Shown here: positions 19,811-30,833 of the stretch, piece by piece
Layout of the letters: each line of letters begins with the position of its first letter
How positions within the stretch are numbered: the first letter of the stretch is position 1
From: Gemmatimonadaceae bacterium
GTDB lineage: Bacteria; Gemmatimonadota; Gemmatimonadetes; Gemmatimonadales; Gemmatimonadaceae
NCBI GenBank assembly: GCA_046593165.1
Contig: JBKJRW010000094.1
Location: 24,217-88,216, forward strand
DNA length: 64,000 nt
Direction of reading: 5' to 3'
Position numbers and translations under genes: made by a program
Notes under the pieces: generated by a model
Told to the model about the DNA's origin: nothing
The model's input: only the letters and a program-made list of their open reading frames with translations
The model's database searches: none

Positions 19811-19826
19811 TGTTTCACGTGACACA
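19811..19826. promoter_or_regulatory. parS site 2
   Basis: TGTTTCACGTGACACA, 15/16 match to consensus, upstream of parA. Confidence 0.88.
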
Positions 19827-19833
19827 CAGCGGC

Positions 19834-20550
19834 CTAGCGGGGGTTGGGAATAAATCTCCAGCGTGTGCTGACATCGACGGACAACGACTGATCGCCCGCC
19901 GCGATAGGGGTATCGGACTGTGCGGCCGAAACGCCCCGTATCTTCATCTCCATAGGGCGAGGCGGAGGGGGAACGTAGGATCCGATACCTATCTCGAGAA
20001 GTTCCGATATGGAGCCACCGGCCGCCCGTGCCGCTGCATCCGCGTCAGATCGGGCTTTGCGCACTGCCTGAGCGATCGCCTCCTGGCGGGCCGCTTCGGT
20101 GTTCGACGCAAAGAACTGAAGTGACGTAATCATGTTTGCGCCTTTTGCGAGGGCCGCATCGATTGCGGGACCGACCAGAGCTACGGATTTCAGCTCGACG
20201 GACAGTGTATTGGTGACGTTGTAGCCGACAATCACTGGTTCCTTGTTGGGCTCGTAACGTTGCTCGGGGTATACACTGTAATTGCTCGTACCGATGTCGG
20301 CTGCGCCTATGCCCAATGCCCGAAGGCCGTCGATAACCGCCTTCTGCTTCTTCGCGTTGTCGGAGGCTGCGGCCGATGCGGTCTCCGCGCGGGTTTGAAC
20401 GCTTATCTGGATGTTGGCGCGATCGGGAACCACTTTTACCTCCCCCCGCGCACTAACGTTAATTTGCGGAGTTAGCGCATTAATGTCGCTATTCTGTGCT
20501 AATACTGGCGCCGAAAATATAAGCATACCGATGCTGAGAGCTATTTTCAT
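19834..20550 (-). CDS. SIMPL/DUF541 domain secreted protein
   Basis: Signal peptide; VSARGEVKVVPD, GYNVTN and ARQEAIAQAV patterns. Confidence 0.88.
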   Translation of the reverse strand: MKIALSIGMLIFSAPVLAQNSDINALTPQINVSARGEVKVVPDRANIQISVQTRAETASAAASDNAKKQKAVIDGLRALGIGAADIGTSNYSVYPEQRYEPNKEPVIVGYNVTNTLSVELKSVALVGPAIDAALAKGANMITSLQFFASNTEAARQEAIAQAVRKARSDADAAARAAGGSISELLEIGIGSYVPPPPRPMEMKIRGVSAAQSDTPIAAGDQSLSVDVSTRWRFIPNPR

Positions 20551-20691
20551 TTTCAATACCCTGCCCGTTTAGTTCAAGGTTGGAAGTGTGTCCACGTTTA
20601 GACGTCCGCCACGGCGTGTCCTGCACATTATCGGCCCACAAGCTCCGCCTGCTAGCGCAATCAGCTTGCCCTTCCGCCTAGATTTGACGCC

Positions 20692-21594
20692 ATGCCGACC
20701 AACAATAACGCAAACGCCCGGGCGATCCTCTGGATCCTGCTTGCGTCGTGTTGCTTCGGATCGCTGTCCACACTGACGCTTCTTACGACACGCTCAGGCC
20801 TGCCGCTAATACCGGCCATGATGTGGCGGTACAGTCTGGCCGCGCTGATTTTGCTGGTCATACTTCACCGCGCAGTGTTCGCGCATCTGAGGTCTCGCCT
20901 CGCCTGGAGACTGACCCTCGTCGGCGGCGTGGGACAGGGACTGATCACATACCTCTCTCTTCGCGCACTCGACTACCTCCCAGTTGGGCCGCTTGCATTC
21001 CTTTTCTACACGTACCCAGCCTGGGTTGCGATCATCGCCGCAGTGACAGGCCGGGAACGCATCACTCTGCCGCGACTCCTCGCGCTGTGTGCGGCCATGG
21101 CGGGGATCGCTGTAATGGTGGGAACTCCGGCAGTGGGTTCATTGAATATCGTCGGCGTGTCGCTCGCTCTTGGTACCGCGATTCTCTATGCGCTCTATCT
21201 CCCTGGCCTGCACCACGCACAAGCCGGGATGCCCGCCGGCGTAGCGACTTTCTTCCTCATACTCGGCGCACTACTCGCGTTTTTGATAGCTAGCATACTC
21301 ACCCACCAGATGCAGATACCAGGGTCGCCCACGACCTGGAAATATCTCCTTCTTCTTTCGACGATCGGCACCGCTATCGCATTCGGAGCACTGATTGCAG
21401 GCCTGCATGTGCTAGGGCCCGTGAGAACTTCGATCGTGTCCACGGTTGAGCCCTTCTTTACCACTGTGCTCGGTGTGTTTCTGCTCAACGAAGAGCTGAC
21501 TGCTGCAACCATAACCGGGGGAGCGATGATCGCCGCCGCGGTGATCATACTCGAGTGGACCGGGAGAGATCGCACTTCGCCAGTTGCCGTTTAG
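20692..21594 (+). CDS. DMT/EamA family transporter
   Basis: Ten hydrophobic segments in two repeats; FYTYP and STVEP motifs. Confidence 0.9.
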   Translation: MPTNNNANARAILWILLASCCFGSLSTLTLLTTRSGLPLIPAMMWRYSLAALILLVILHRAVFAHLRSRLAWRLTLVGGVGQGLITYLSLRALDYLPVGPLAFLFYTYPAWVAIIAAVTGRERITLPRLLALCAAMAGIAVMVGTPAVGSLNIVGVSLALGTAILYALYLPGLHHAQAGMPAGVATFFLILGALLAFLIASILTHQMQIPGSPTTWKYLLLLSTIGTAIAFGALIAGLHVLGPVRTSIVSTVEPFFTTVLGVFLLNEELTAATITGGAMIAAAVIILEWTGRDRTSPVAV

Positions 21595-21603
21595 AAAGCC
21601 TGC

Positions 21604-23547
21604 CTACCTGGGCGCGCTGTTCCGGGAACGCTTCTTCTCGACTTCGATTACAAGATTCTGGATATCGCTTGGACTCACTCCAGGAATGCGCGACGCCTGA
21701 GCCAGCGTGCGAGGCTGAATGGTTTCCAATTTTTGTCGCGCTTCGCAGGACAATGAGTTCATGTCTGCGTAACGGAGATTAGGGGGTATCGGAAACTCTC
21801 CCATCAACCGCATCCGTGCAGCCTGTGCCCTTTCACGGTCGAAATACCCCGAGTACTTGATCTCGAGGTCGGCCGAAAGAATCGACTCACTGGAGAAACG
21901 CGACTCGACACCAGAGGCTTCGAACAGTGAGAGCAACGCAACGCCATGCCTTCGCGCGAGCTCTACGACTCTTACAGTGTGCGCAATCGCTGTCGAGTTC
22001 GCGGAAGTCAGAACAGGCTCCGCCTGCGCCGGTGTGATGCTGGTCGAAGACGCGAGTTCATGAATGCGCCTCTCTTCAGCGAGACGACCGGCGACGATGG
22101 CAGCCTCGCGGTCATCATACATCCCGAGACCGACGCAGACAGGACCAAGCCGCGTCAGTGCATTGTCTTGTCGAACCGTGAGCCGAAACTCGGAGCGTGA
22201 GGTGAACAGGCGGTAAGGTTCATCGACTCCGCACGTTACAAGATCATCAACGAGGACACCGATGTATGAGGTCTCGCGGCCCAGAACCAGGGGAGGTTGT
22301 TCGAGAGCGGAGAGTCCGGCATTGATCCCCGCAAGCACGCCCTGGCCCGCAGCTTCTTCGTAGCCAGTAGTGCCGTTGATCTGTCCGGCGAAATACAGCC
22401 CTGCGATCGCCTTTACCTCGAGTGTCGCATCGAGTTGAGTAGGAGGATAGTAGTCGTACTCTATTGCATAACCTGCACGGTTCATTCGCACATTCTCGAG
22501 GCCCGGAACGGTGCGCATGATGTCCAACTGAACAGGCGCTGGCAATGACGTGGAGAGCCCGTTGACGTAGAGCTCCGATGTATCATGACCCTCTGGCTCG
22601 AGAAAGAGCTGATGACGCTCTGCCTCTGGAAAGCGCACAACCTTGTCCTCGACTGAGGGGCAGTATCGCGGCCCCCGGGCCGTAATTGCACCGCCGTACA
22701 TCGCCGAGCGCGCAATGTTTTCCTGAATGATCGCCTTTGCCGGCGCGTCGAGATGCGCGATCCAGCACGGCATCTGATCGGGATGACGAGTAGCGTTACC
22801 GATAACCCTCGGCGCAGGCCAGAAGTGCGACCACGAGTAATCGAACTGCTCTATCTCGCTATCCTGACGCGCGACCTTTGAGTAGTCGACAGATCTGCCG
22901 TCAATCCGCGGTGGTGTTCCCGTTTTGAATCGCGATACCGTGAGTCCCGCATTCTCAAGCTGCTCCGCGAGATGAGTCGTAGACGATTCCCCGGCGCGCC
23001 CTCCAGCAACACTGCTATCTGTGCCAATGTGTATCCGGCCGCGAAGGAAAGTGCCGGTGGTTATCACGACGCAGCGACTCGAGAAGGCACGACCCTCGAG
23101 TGTTTCCAACCCCTCGACGCGTGTACCCGACGGATCGAACAAGAGGCGCGCGACAGTACCTTGAATGGTCTGAAGCCTTCCCTGCTCTTCGATCAGCGTC
23201 CGGACAGCACGGCGGTAAAGGCCGCGATCACACTGGGCCCGCGGGGCCCACACTGCAGGACCCTTGCTGCGATTGAGCATGCGGAACTGGACGGTCGCGA
23301 GATCCGTCGCCCGACCCATGATTCCTCCGAGCGCATCGACCTCGCGTACCACCGTGCCCTTCGCAACCCCCCCGATTGCGGGATTGCAGGACATCTGACC
23401 AATGGTCTCGAGTGAGCTTGTAACGAGACCTACTGTCGCGCCGGTCCGCGCTGCCGCGACAGCGGCCTCGGTGCCCGCATGTCCGGCACCAATTACCAGC
23501 ACATCGAACCGCGCTTCCACGGGCCGCGAAGAACTACCGGGAGACAT
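21604..23547 (-). CDS. mnmG: tRNA uridine-5-carboxymethylaminomethyl modification enzyme MnmG/GidA
   Basis: IGAGHAGTEAA, MSCNPAIGG, RFKTGTPPR, GPRYCPSVEDK, GQINGTTGYEEA. Confidence 0.98.
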   Translation of the reverse strand: MSPGSSSRPVEARFDVLVIGAGHAGTEAAVAAARTGATVGLVTSSLETIGQMSCNPAIGGVAKGTVVREVDALGGIMGRATDLATVQFRMLNRSKGPAVWAPRAQCDRGLYRRAVRTLIEEQGRLQTIQGTVARLLFDPSGTRVEGLETLEGRAFSSRCVVITTGTFLRGRIHIGTDSSVAGGRAGESSTTHLAEQLENAGLTVSRFKTGTPPRIDGRSVDYSKVARQDSEIEQFDYSWSHFWPAPRVIGNATRHPDQMPCWIAHLDAPAKAIIQENIARSAMYGGAITARGPRYCPSVEDKVVRFPEAERHQLFLEPEGHDTSELYVNGLSTSLPAPVQLDIMRTVPGLENVRMNRAGYAIEYDYYPPTQLDATLEVKAIAGLYFAGQINGTTGYEEAAGQGVLAGINAGLSALEQPPLVLGRETSYIGVLVDDLVTCGVDEPYRLFTSRSEFRLTVRQDNALTRLGPVCVGLGMYDDREAAIVAGRLAEERRIHELASSTSITPAQAEPVLTSANSTAIAHTVRVVELARRHGVALLSLFEASGVESRFSSESILSADLEIKYSGYFDRERAQAARMRLMGEFPIPPNLRYADMNSLSCEARQKLETIQPRTLAQASRIPGVSPSDIQNLVIEVEKKRSRNSAPR

Positions 23548-23588
23548 ACATTGAAGGTAACGACACAGCATATACGCCGGAGATTCGG

Positions 23589-23867
23589 ATGCCGCTTCAG
23601 ATCACCACCGGATTGCCCACGGTCTTTGTAAGAAAAGAAGCATTCGAAAGAGCAGGCCTGGCGCGAACTGAAATAGACGCTCGCTTCAACCTCACCGACG
23701 CTGAGTTCAAGGTTGACGGGAGCCTGATTGTGATAGGCCCTCTCCCCTCCGACGAAATGATAGGACCGCTGCTGGAATACCTGGAAGAGAAAGGTCTCGC
23801 GTACTATGACGACGTGTTCGAGATGAGCGGCAACTGGCCTGCGTGGCTGCGGCTCTACGCCATGTAG
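23589..23867 (+). CDS. Hypothetical protein (92 aa)
   Basis: GGAG SD upstream, globular composition, fills the gap between genes. Confidence 0.7.
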   Translation: MPLQITTGLPTVFVRKEAFERAGLARTEIDARFNLTDAEFKVDGSLIVIGPLPSDEMIGPLLEYLEEKGLAYYDDVFEMSGNWPAWLRLYAM

Positions 23868-23909
23868 CCTGCGTGCGCCCTTGCGTTTGCTTTCGCGTGC
23901 ATTCCCATA

Positions 23910-24437
23910 TCAGAGCCGCTGTTCTACTACCGACCACAGCTCGACGCGAGCGACACCATCCTCGACAGCATCGACGACCACCTCTGTGCCCGCCAGGATT
24001 TCCGATCCATCGATGCTTCGGGCGCGAAGAACGTGCTTCTTCTCCCATGCGAAATAAGTGATTTCGCCCGGCTCGGCCCCCATAATGTCGCGGGACACGC
24101 TGGCGACCTGCCCGTTGACCTCCTCGTCATCCGAGTGCGCCGTGGGGTTTCGAAGAGCCCACTTCGCCATGAGAATCGTCATGCCGGAGAACGCCACCGC
24201 GCCGATCGCGATTGCGATCGGGAGGATCGCCCATGGGCCGAGCGTGCTGCGAGTAAAGAGGAGATAGCCGCCAGCACCGAATCCCGTGGCTAGTGCGGCC
24301 ACCGTTGGTGGATTGAATACAGCGGAAGGTTTGGCGGATCGTCGCCGACGCCACCTTTCGGCGCCATGGAGCATCGCATTCACGGCGAGAGCGAGCCCGC
24401 CTAGAAACACCACCAGATACACCGTCTTCCAGATCAT
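23910..24437 (-). CDS. NfeD-like membrane protein
   Basis: Three N-terminal TM segments plus an OB-fold-like C-terminus (GEI..ARS..G.EVVV..VEDGVARV). Confidence 0.72.
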   Translation of the reverse strand: MIWKTVYLVVFLGGLALAVNAMLHGAERWRRRRSAKPSAVFNPPTVAALATGFGAGGYLLFTRSTLGPWAILPIAIAIGAVAFSGMTILMAKWALRNPTAHSDDEEVNGQVASVSRDIMGAEPGEITYFAWEKKHVLRARSIDGSEILAGTEVVVDAVEDGVARVELWSVVEQRL

Positions 24438-24443
24438 GGTGTA

Positions 24444-25346
24444 TCAGCGGCCGAGATGGCGGCGAAACCACGCGATGGTCGCAGGCCACGCCTGCTCGGT
24501 CGCTGTGAGATTGGCACCATTGAGCAAACCCTGTTGCCGGAGAAACCCGTGGCCGGCTCCATCGTAACTGTAGTGCGTGAATGTCTTTTTCATCGCACGC
24601 ATGGCAGAGTCGGCCGGGGGAACCGTCGCGCCCACTCGCGCATCAGTCCCACCATATAGGCCGAGCACTGGCGCCCTGACTGAAACCAGCGACTCTGTTT
24701 TCGGCGATGGGCCGTAGTACACGACAGAGGCGCCCAGTGAGGGAGAATGCACGGCGTGTTCGAACGAAACATTTCCGCCCCAGCAGAATCCGACGATGCC
24801 GTACTTCGGGAGCGCCGACGGAAGCGCCATTGCGAAGCGGGCGGTTGCGTCGATGTGGCGTTGTACGTCGCGAGGGTCGAGTGTACGAATGGCGGCGGTG
24901 GCAAGCTGCCCAGGCACACTATCTGTCGGATTTGGCAGATCCTTCATCGTCAGCAGATCAGGTGCAATCGCGATGAACCCATCGGCCGCGAGTTGGTCCG
25001 CCACTGCGCGCACCCATGGCGTCAAACCGAAGATTTCATGGACGACAACAATTACAGGGGCCTTTGTCTTTCGCTCCGGATAAACCACCCAGGCCCTGAC
25101 GCTGTCCGAGCCGGACGAAATGGTTACCCACTCGGCATGCCGCGGCGAGCTTGCCAGGCGGGCTCTGGCACCAGCGGCGTCAGCTGGGAGAGACGCCGAC
25201 AGGGGCACACCCTGGACGGTGGCCGGGGCGGCCGGTTCGTGGCCGACATGGTCCGAAGATCTGTTCGTTCCGGTAGAACTGCACGCAGCGAGAGCGGCGA
25301 GCGATGTGATAGTGATGGTGCGAGTGAGCGGGATTGGCATCAGCAT
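24444..25346 (-). CDS. Dienelactone hydrolase family lipoprotein
   Basis: Lipobox LAAC; HEIFGL, GFCWGG nucleophile elbow, GAGHGF. Confidence 0.92.
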   Translation of the reverse strand: MLMPIPLTRTITITSLAALAACSSTGTNRSSDHVGHEPAAPATVQGVPLSASLPADAAGARARLASSPRHAEWVTISSGSDSVRAWVVYPERKTKAPVIVVVHEIFGLTPWVRAVADQLAADGFIAIAPDLLTMKDLPNPTDSVPGQLATAAIRTLDPRDVQRHIDATARFAMALPSALPKYGIVGFCWGGNVSFEHAVHSPSLGASVVYYGPSPKTESLVSVRAPVLGLYGGTDARVGATVPPADSAMRAMKKTFTHYSYDGAGHGFLRQQGLLNGANLTATEQAWPATIAWFRRHLGR

Positions 25347-25353
25347 TCTCTCC

Positions 25354-26376
25354 TCATGGGCCTCTCATCGTTCCTGCGCGGAGTTGCCGCTCGAGGAAAT
25401 GGCCGACGCGCTGTTCAAGATAGTATACGGGATTGAATGGGTTGCGGCCTCCAACGAAGCCGGCGTGACCACCACGCAACGGAAACTCTACTTCCAACGC
25501 AACATTGCGGTCTGCGATCGCTCGAACTTCGTCCAAAACTCGCGGGGGAAGGAAAGGGTCGTCAACAGCATTCAGGAGTAGCGTATTCACCCTGATCGAT
25601 TTCAGCCACCCGATTGCGCTCGAGCGCGTATAGTAGTCTTCGGCATCACGAAACCCATGTACGGGCGCGGTGAAGCAATTGTCGAAATCAAGCATCGTCA
25701 CTGCAGCGGCGAGCGTTTCCCGGGATGCAAGATCCGGGAAGATTTCGAGTTTTGCGATAGCCTTTCGCTTGAGCGACCTGATAAATCGTGCCTGATAGAG
25801 GCGTGAGAACCCGCGGTCGATATAGCGCGCTGACCGTGCGAGGTCGAACGGTACCGAAGCGGCAACGGCTCCTTTGACGCGCGCCGGAACAGCTTCCCCC
25901 AGTTCTCCAAGATACTTGAGAAGGACGTTGCCACCGAGTGAAACGCCGGCCAGTACAATGTCGGAGTCGGGGATGGTAGCCAACAGATGATCGACTGCGT
26001 AGGCAAGGTCTGTTGTTTCGCCGGAATGGTAAAAGCGAGGCGTTCGATTGGGCTGTTCTCCGCACGATCTGAAAATCAGGACAGCTGCCCCCCATTGGTG
26101 CCGGCTGGCCTCGTCGAGCAGCGCCTGTATGTAATGCGATCGAATGGTGCCTTCGAGTCCATGGAGGAGCACGAGAACAGGCGCCCCACGAATGCCGTCT
26201 GTGTGGTGAATGTCCAGGAAATCGCCGTCGACGGTATCGAGCCGCTCGACGCGGGTCGGCCTGAGAGGCTGACGCCTCAGAAATTTGCCCCATAGCGTCT
26301 GGGAATGCCCGTTTGGGAGCCACCATGCTGGCGAGTAACTGGTTACCTTCGGCGACTCTGGCTTGTGGCGCGACAC
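25354..26376 (-). CDS. YheT-family alpha/beta hydrolase
   Basis: GHSQT, LHGLEG, FYHSG, GVSLGG, DDPF, GGHAGF; GTG start at 26376 uncertain. Confidence 0.9.
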   Translation of the reverse strand: MSRHKPESPKVTSYSPAWWLPNGHSQTLWGKFLRRQPLRPTRVERLDTVDGDFLDIHHTDGIRGAPVLVLLHGLEGTIRSHYIQALLDEASRHQWGAAVLIFRSCGEQPNRTPRFYHSGETTDLAYAVDHLLATIPDSDIVLAGVSLGGNVLLKYLGELGEAVPARVKGAVAASVPFDLARSARYIDRGFSRLYQARFIRSLKRKAIAKLEIFPDLASRETLAAAVTMLDFDNCFTAPVHGFRDAEDYYTRSSAIGWLKSIRVNTLLLNAVDDPFLPPRVLDEVRAIADRNVALEVEFPLRGGHAGFVGGRNPFNPVYYLEQRVGHFLERQLRAGTMRGP

Positions 26377-26439
26377 GTCTCGACGGATTGTGGGGGCGAT
26401 TCGTACACTCAACTTCGCAGATTCCACTCTCGAATTACA

Positions 26440-26787
26440 ATGGAAGTACAGATATTCGGAGTCAAGAAAAGCGCCGACACTCGCAAGGCTCTGAGATTCT
26501 TCTCCGAGCGACGAGTCAAGACGCACTTCGTCGACCTCAATGAACGGGCGGCATCGCTTGGCGAGTTGAGACGCTTCGCGCAGAAATTCGGCGTTGGAGC
26601 GTTGATCGACCAGGGTTCAGTCAGATATCAGGAGCTCGGTCTGAAGCATGCGCGAATGTCCGACGAAACCTGGTTGGACAAACTGGCGGACGAACCTCTC
26701 ATGCTGAAGGTCCCGCTTGTGCGGAGCGGCAACCATTTCACCGTCGGCCTGGAAGAGAAGACGTGGAAGGAATGGACGGGTAAGTAG
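26440..26787 (+). CDS. ArsC/Spx-family protein
   Basis: TRKALRFF, VDLNER, PLMLKVPLV; lacks the N-terminal Cys. Confidence 0.8.
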   Translation: MEVQIFGVKKSADTRKALRFFSERRVKTHFVDLNERAASLGELRRFAQKFGVGALIDQGSVRYQELGLKHARMSDETWLDKLADEPLMLKVPLVRSGNHFTVGLEEKTWKEWTGK

Positions 26788-26834
26788 GTGGTGACGGTGG
26801 TTTGGAAAGCAGTGGATCGGCGCTAGGTTGGAGC

Positions 26835-27928
26835 ATGCCGTCTGAGCCGAAGTTCGGAACTTTTTTTCTCCCTGGGCCAACCGAAGTCCGCGCCGAGGTA
26901 CTCGCCGCGATGGTGAGGCCGATGATCCCGCACCGGAGCACCGAGTTCGAGGAGTTGTTTGGGCGCCTCCAGGGTGGGTTACGGGAGGTGTTCTTCACAA
27001 CGCGTCCGGTTTTCATCGCTGCATCGTCGGGGACAGGGATGATGGAGGCTGGGATCAGAGCGTTGCCCCCGGGCCCGATTCTCTGTCTGGTGAACGGTGC
27101 CTTCTCGGAACGGTTCGCACATATCGCGGAAAAGTGTGGCAGGGCCGTGGACAGATACGAGGTAGGCTGGGGCGAGACTCACAACGTGGCCGAATTAGAT
27201 AATTATCTATCTAAGGGCCAGTACCGCGCCATCACAGTGACCCACTGCGAAACATCTACGGGCGCCCTGAATCAGGTGCGAGACCTCTCCGACGCGGCTC
27301 ATTCGAGGGGCGTGACTTGTCTGGTCGATAGCGTGAGCGCTCTGGGTGGAGCCGAGCTCCGTTTCGACGACTGGAAGTTAGATTATGTTCTCACTGGATC
27401 GCAGAAGGCGCTCGCTCTCCCACCCGGACTTGCCTTCGCCGCAGCCTCCGACGAGTTCGTCGCGCTTGCGGGCACCGCCGAAGGGCGCGGAGTCTACTTC
27501 GACATCGTAGAGATGGACCGGTTCGCACAAAGCAATCAGGTGCCGGCGACTCCGGCATTCTCGCTGCTCTACGCGCTCGAGGTCCAACTCGAGGCCATGC
27601 AGAGAGAAGGAATGGGCAATCGGTGGCGAAGGCACTCCGAAATGGCGGCCGCCACCGAGCTATGGCTTGAGCACGTGCAAACGCAAAGTGGAGCCGCGCT
27701 CGAGAACATTGTTGCGGAGGGATCGAGATCTCCCACCGTGTCCACGATTCGACTGCCGGAGGGAGTCGAGGGAAAAGCGTTCGTTCGAAAAGTGCTGGCC
27801 CGAGGCATACAAGTCGGAAGTGGCTACGGCAAACTTGGCGATACCACGTTCCGCATCGGCCACATGGGAGACCACTCTGTCTCCACCCTGCGTGCCTGCT
27901 TCGATGCATGTGAGGGAGCACTCCGGGA

Positions 27929-27932
<4 letters not shown>
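26835..27932 (+). CDS. Class V aminotransferase (alanine-glyoxylate/serine-pyruvate type)
   Basis: LPGPT, HCETSTG, VDSVS, GSQKALALPPG, FRIGHMG. Confidence 0.92.
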
Positions 27933-29877
<1,945 letters not shown>

Positions 29878-29881
<4 letters not shown>

Positions 29882-30813
29882 AACTGGCCGATAAAACCAA
29901 TCTCCGGTTCCAGGTGCACTCCGAACTTCGCCTCGACAGCATCCTGGGCGATCACGATAAGTTCGCGTACGTCGCGTGCAGTCGCGTTGCCAAGGTTGAC
30001 CATGATGTTCGCATGAATATGGGAAATCTGCGCGCCGCCATGTCGATGGCCCTTGAGGCCGCACTGATCGATCAGCCGGCCCGCGCCCATCCCTTCGATC
30101 TTCTTGAAGATTGAGCCCGCGCTCGGATGAAACTGGAGCCATGGGTGGCGTGCTCCACGCCAGCTCAGGTTTTCCTGCATGATCCTGTGCATGGCTGCGG
30201 TGTCGCCTCGTACGAGCTGGAAGGTGACCGCGAGCGCCACATCGCTCCGATGGTGAAGAACGCTGGTGTCATAGCCGAACGCCATGTAGTCGCCCCCAAC
30301 CGTGATGCGAGTACCTTCCTCCGTGAGAAGGTCGCAGGAATGGAAAACGTCGGCGATGAACATTGTGCGCTTTCGTTCGGGCTCGGGTTCGAGGAAATGC
30401 AGATTCTGCCAGACAGCGCCGCCGACAGTACTGGGGATTCCCACGTAGTGTTCGAGTCCCGACCAGCCACGTTCGACCGCTTCGGGTATGATTTCCGCCA
30501 TCACCGCGCCGCTTTCGACCCACAATCTGCCGTCATCAAAAAACTTGAAATGACCAGCGTGGTTACGGATCACGAGCCCGCGGAACCCTTTGTCGGCAAC
30601 GAGAATGTTGGCGCCAAGACCGAGGACGAAGGATGGAACGGACAGCTCGCGCGCGGCCAGCACGGCGTCCGCCAGGTCGTCGGCTTTCTGTGTCGAATAG
30701 AAAAGATCCGCCGGACCACCGATGCGGAACGTGGTGTATGGAGCTAACGGCTCGTCGCGGCTGAACTGTGACTCGTTCAACCGAAGGGCTAACTTTTCGT
30801 AGGCGTCAATCAT
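29878..30813 (-). CDS. murB: UDP-N-acetylenolpyruvoylglucosamine reductase
   Basis: YTTFRIGGPAD, GIPSTVGGAV, SAGSIFK, HANIMVN, LEPEI. Confidence 0.95.
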
Positions 30814-30833
30814 CGAGGCTTTTGTTGACAAAC

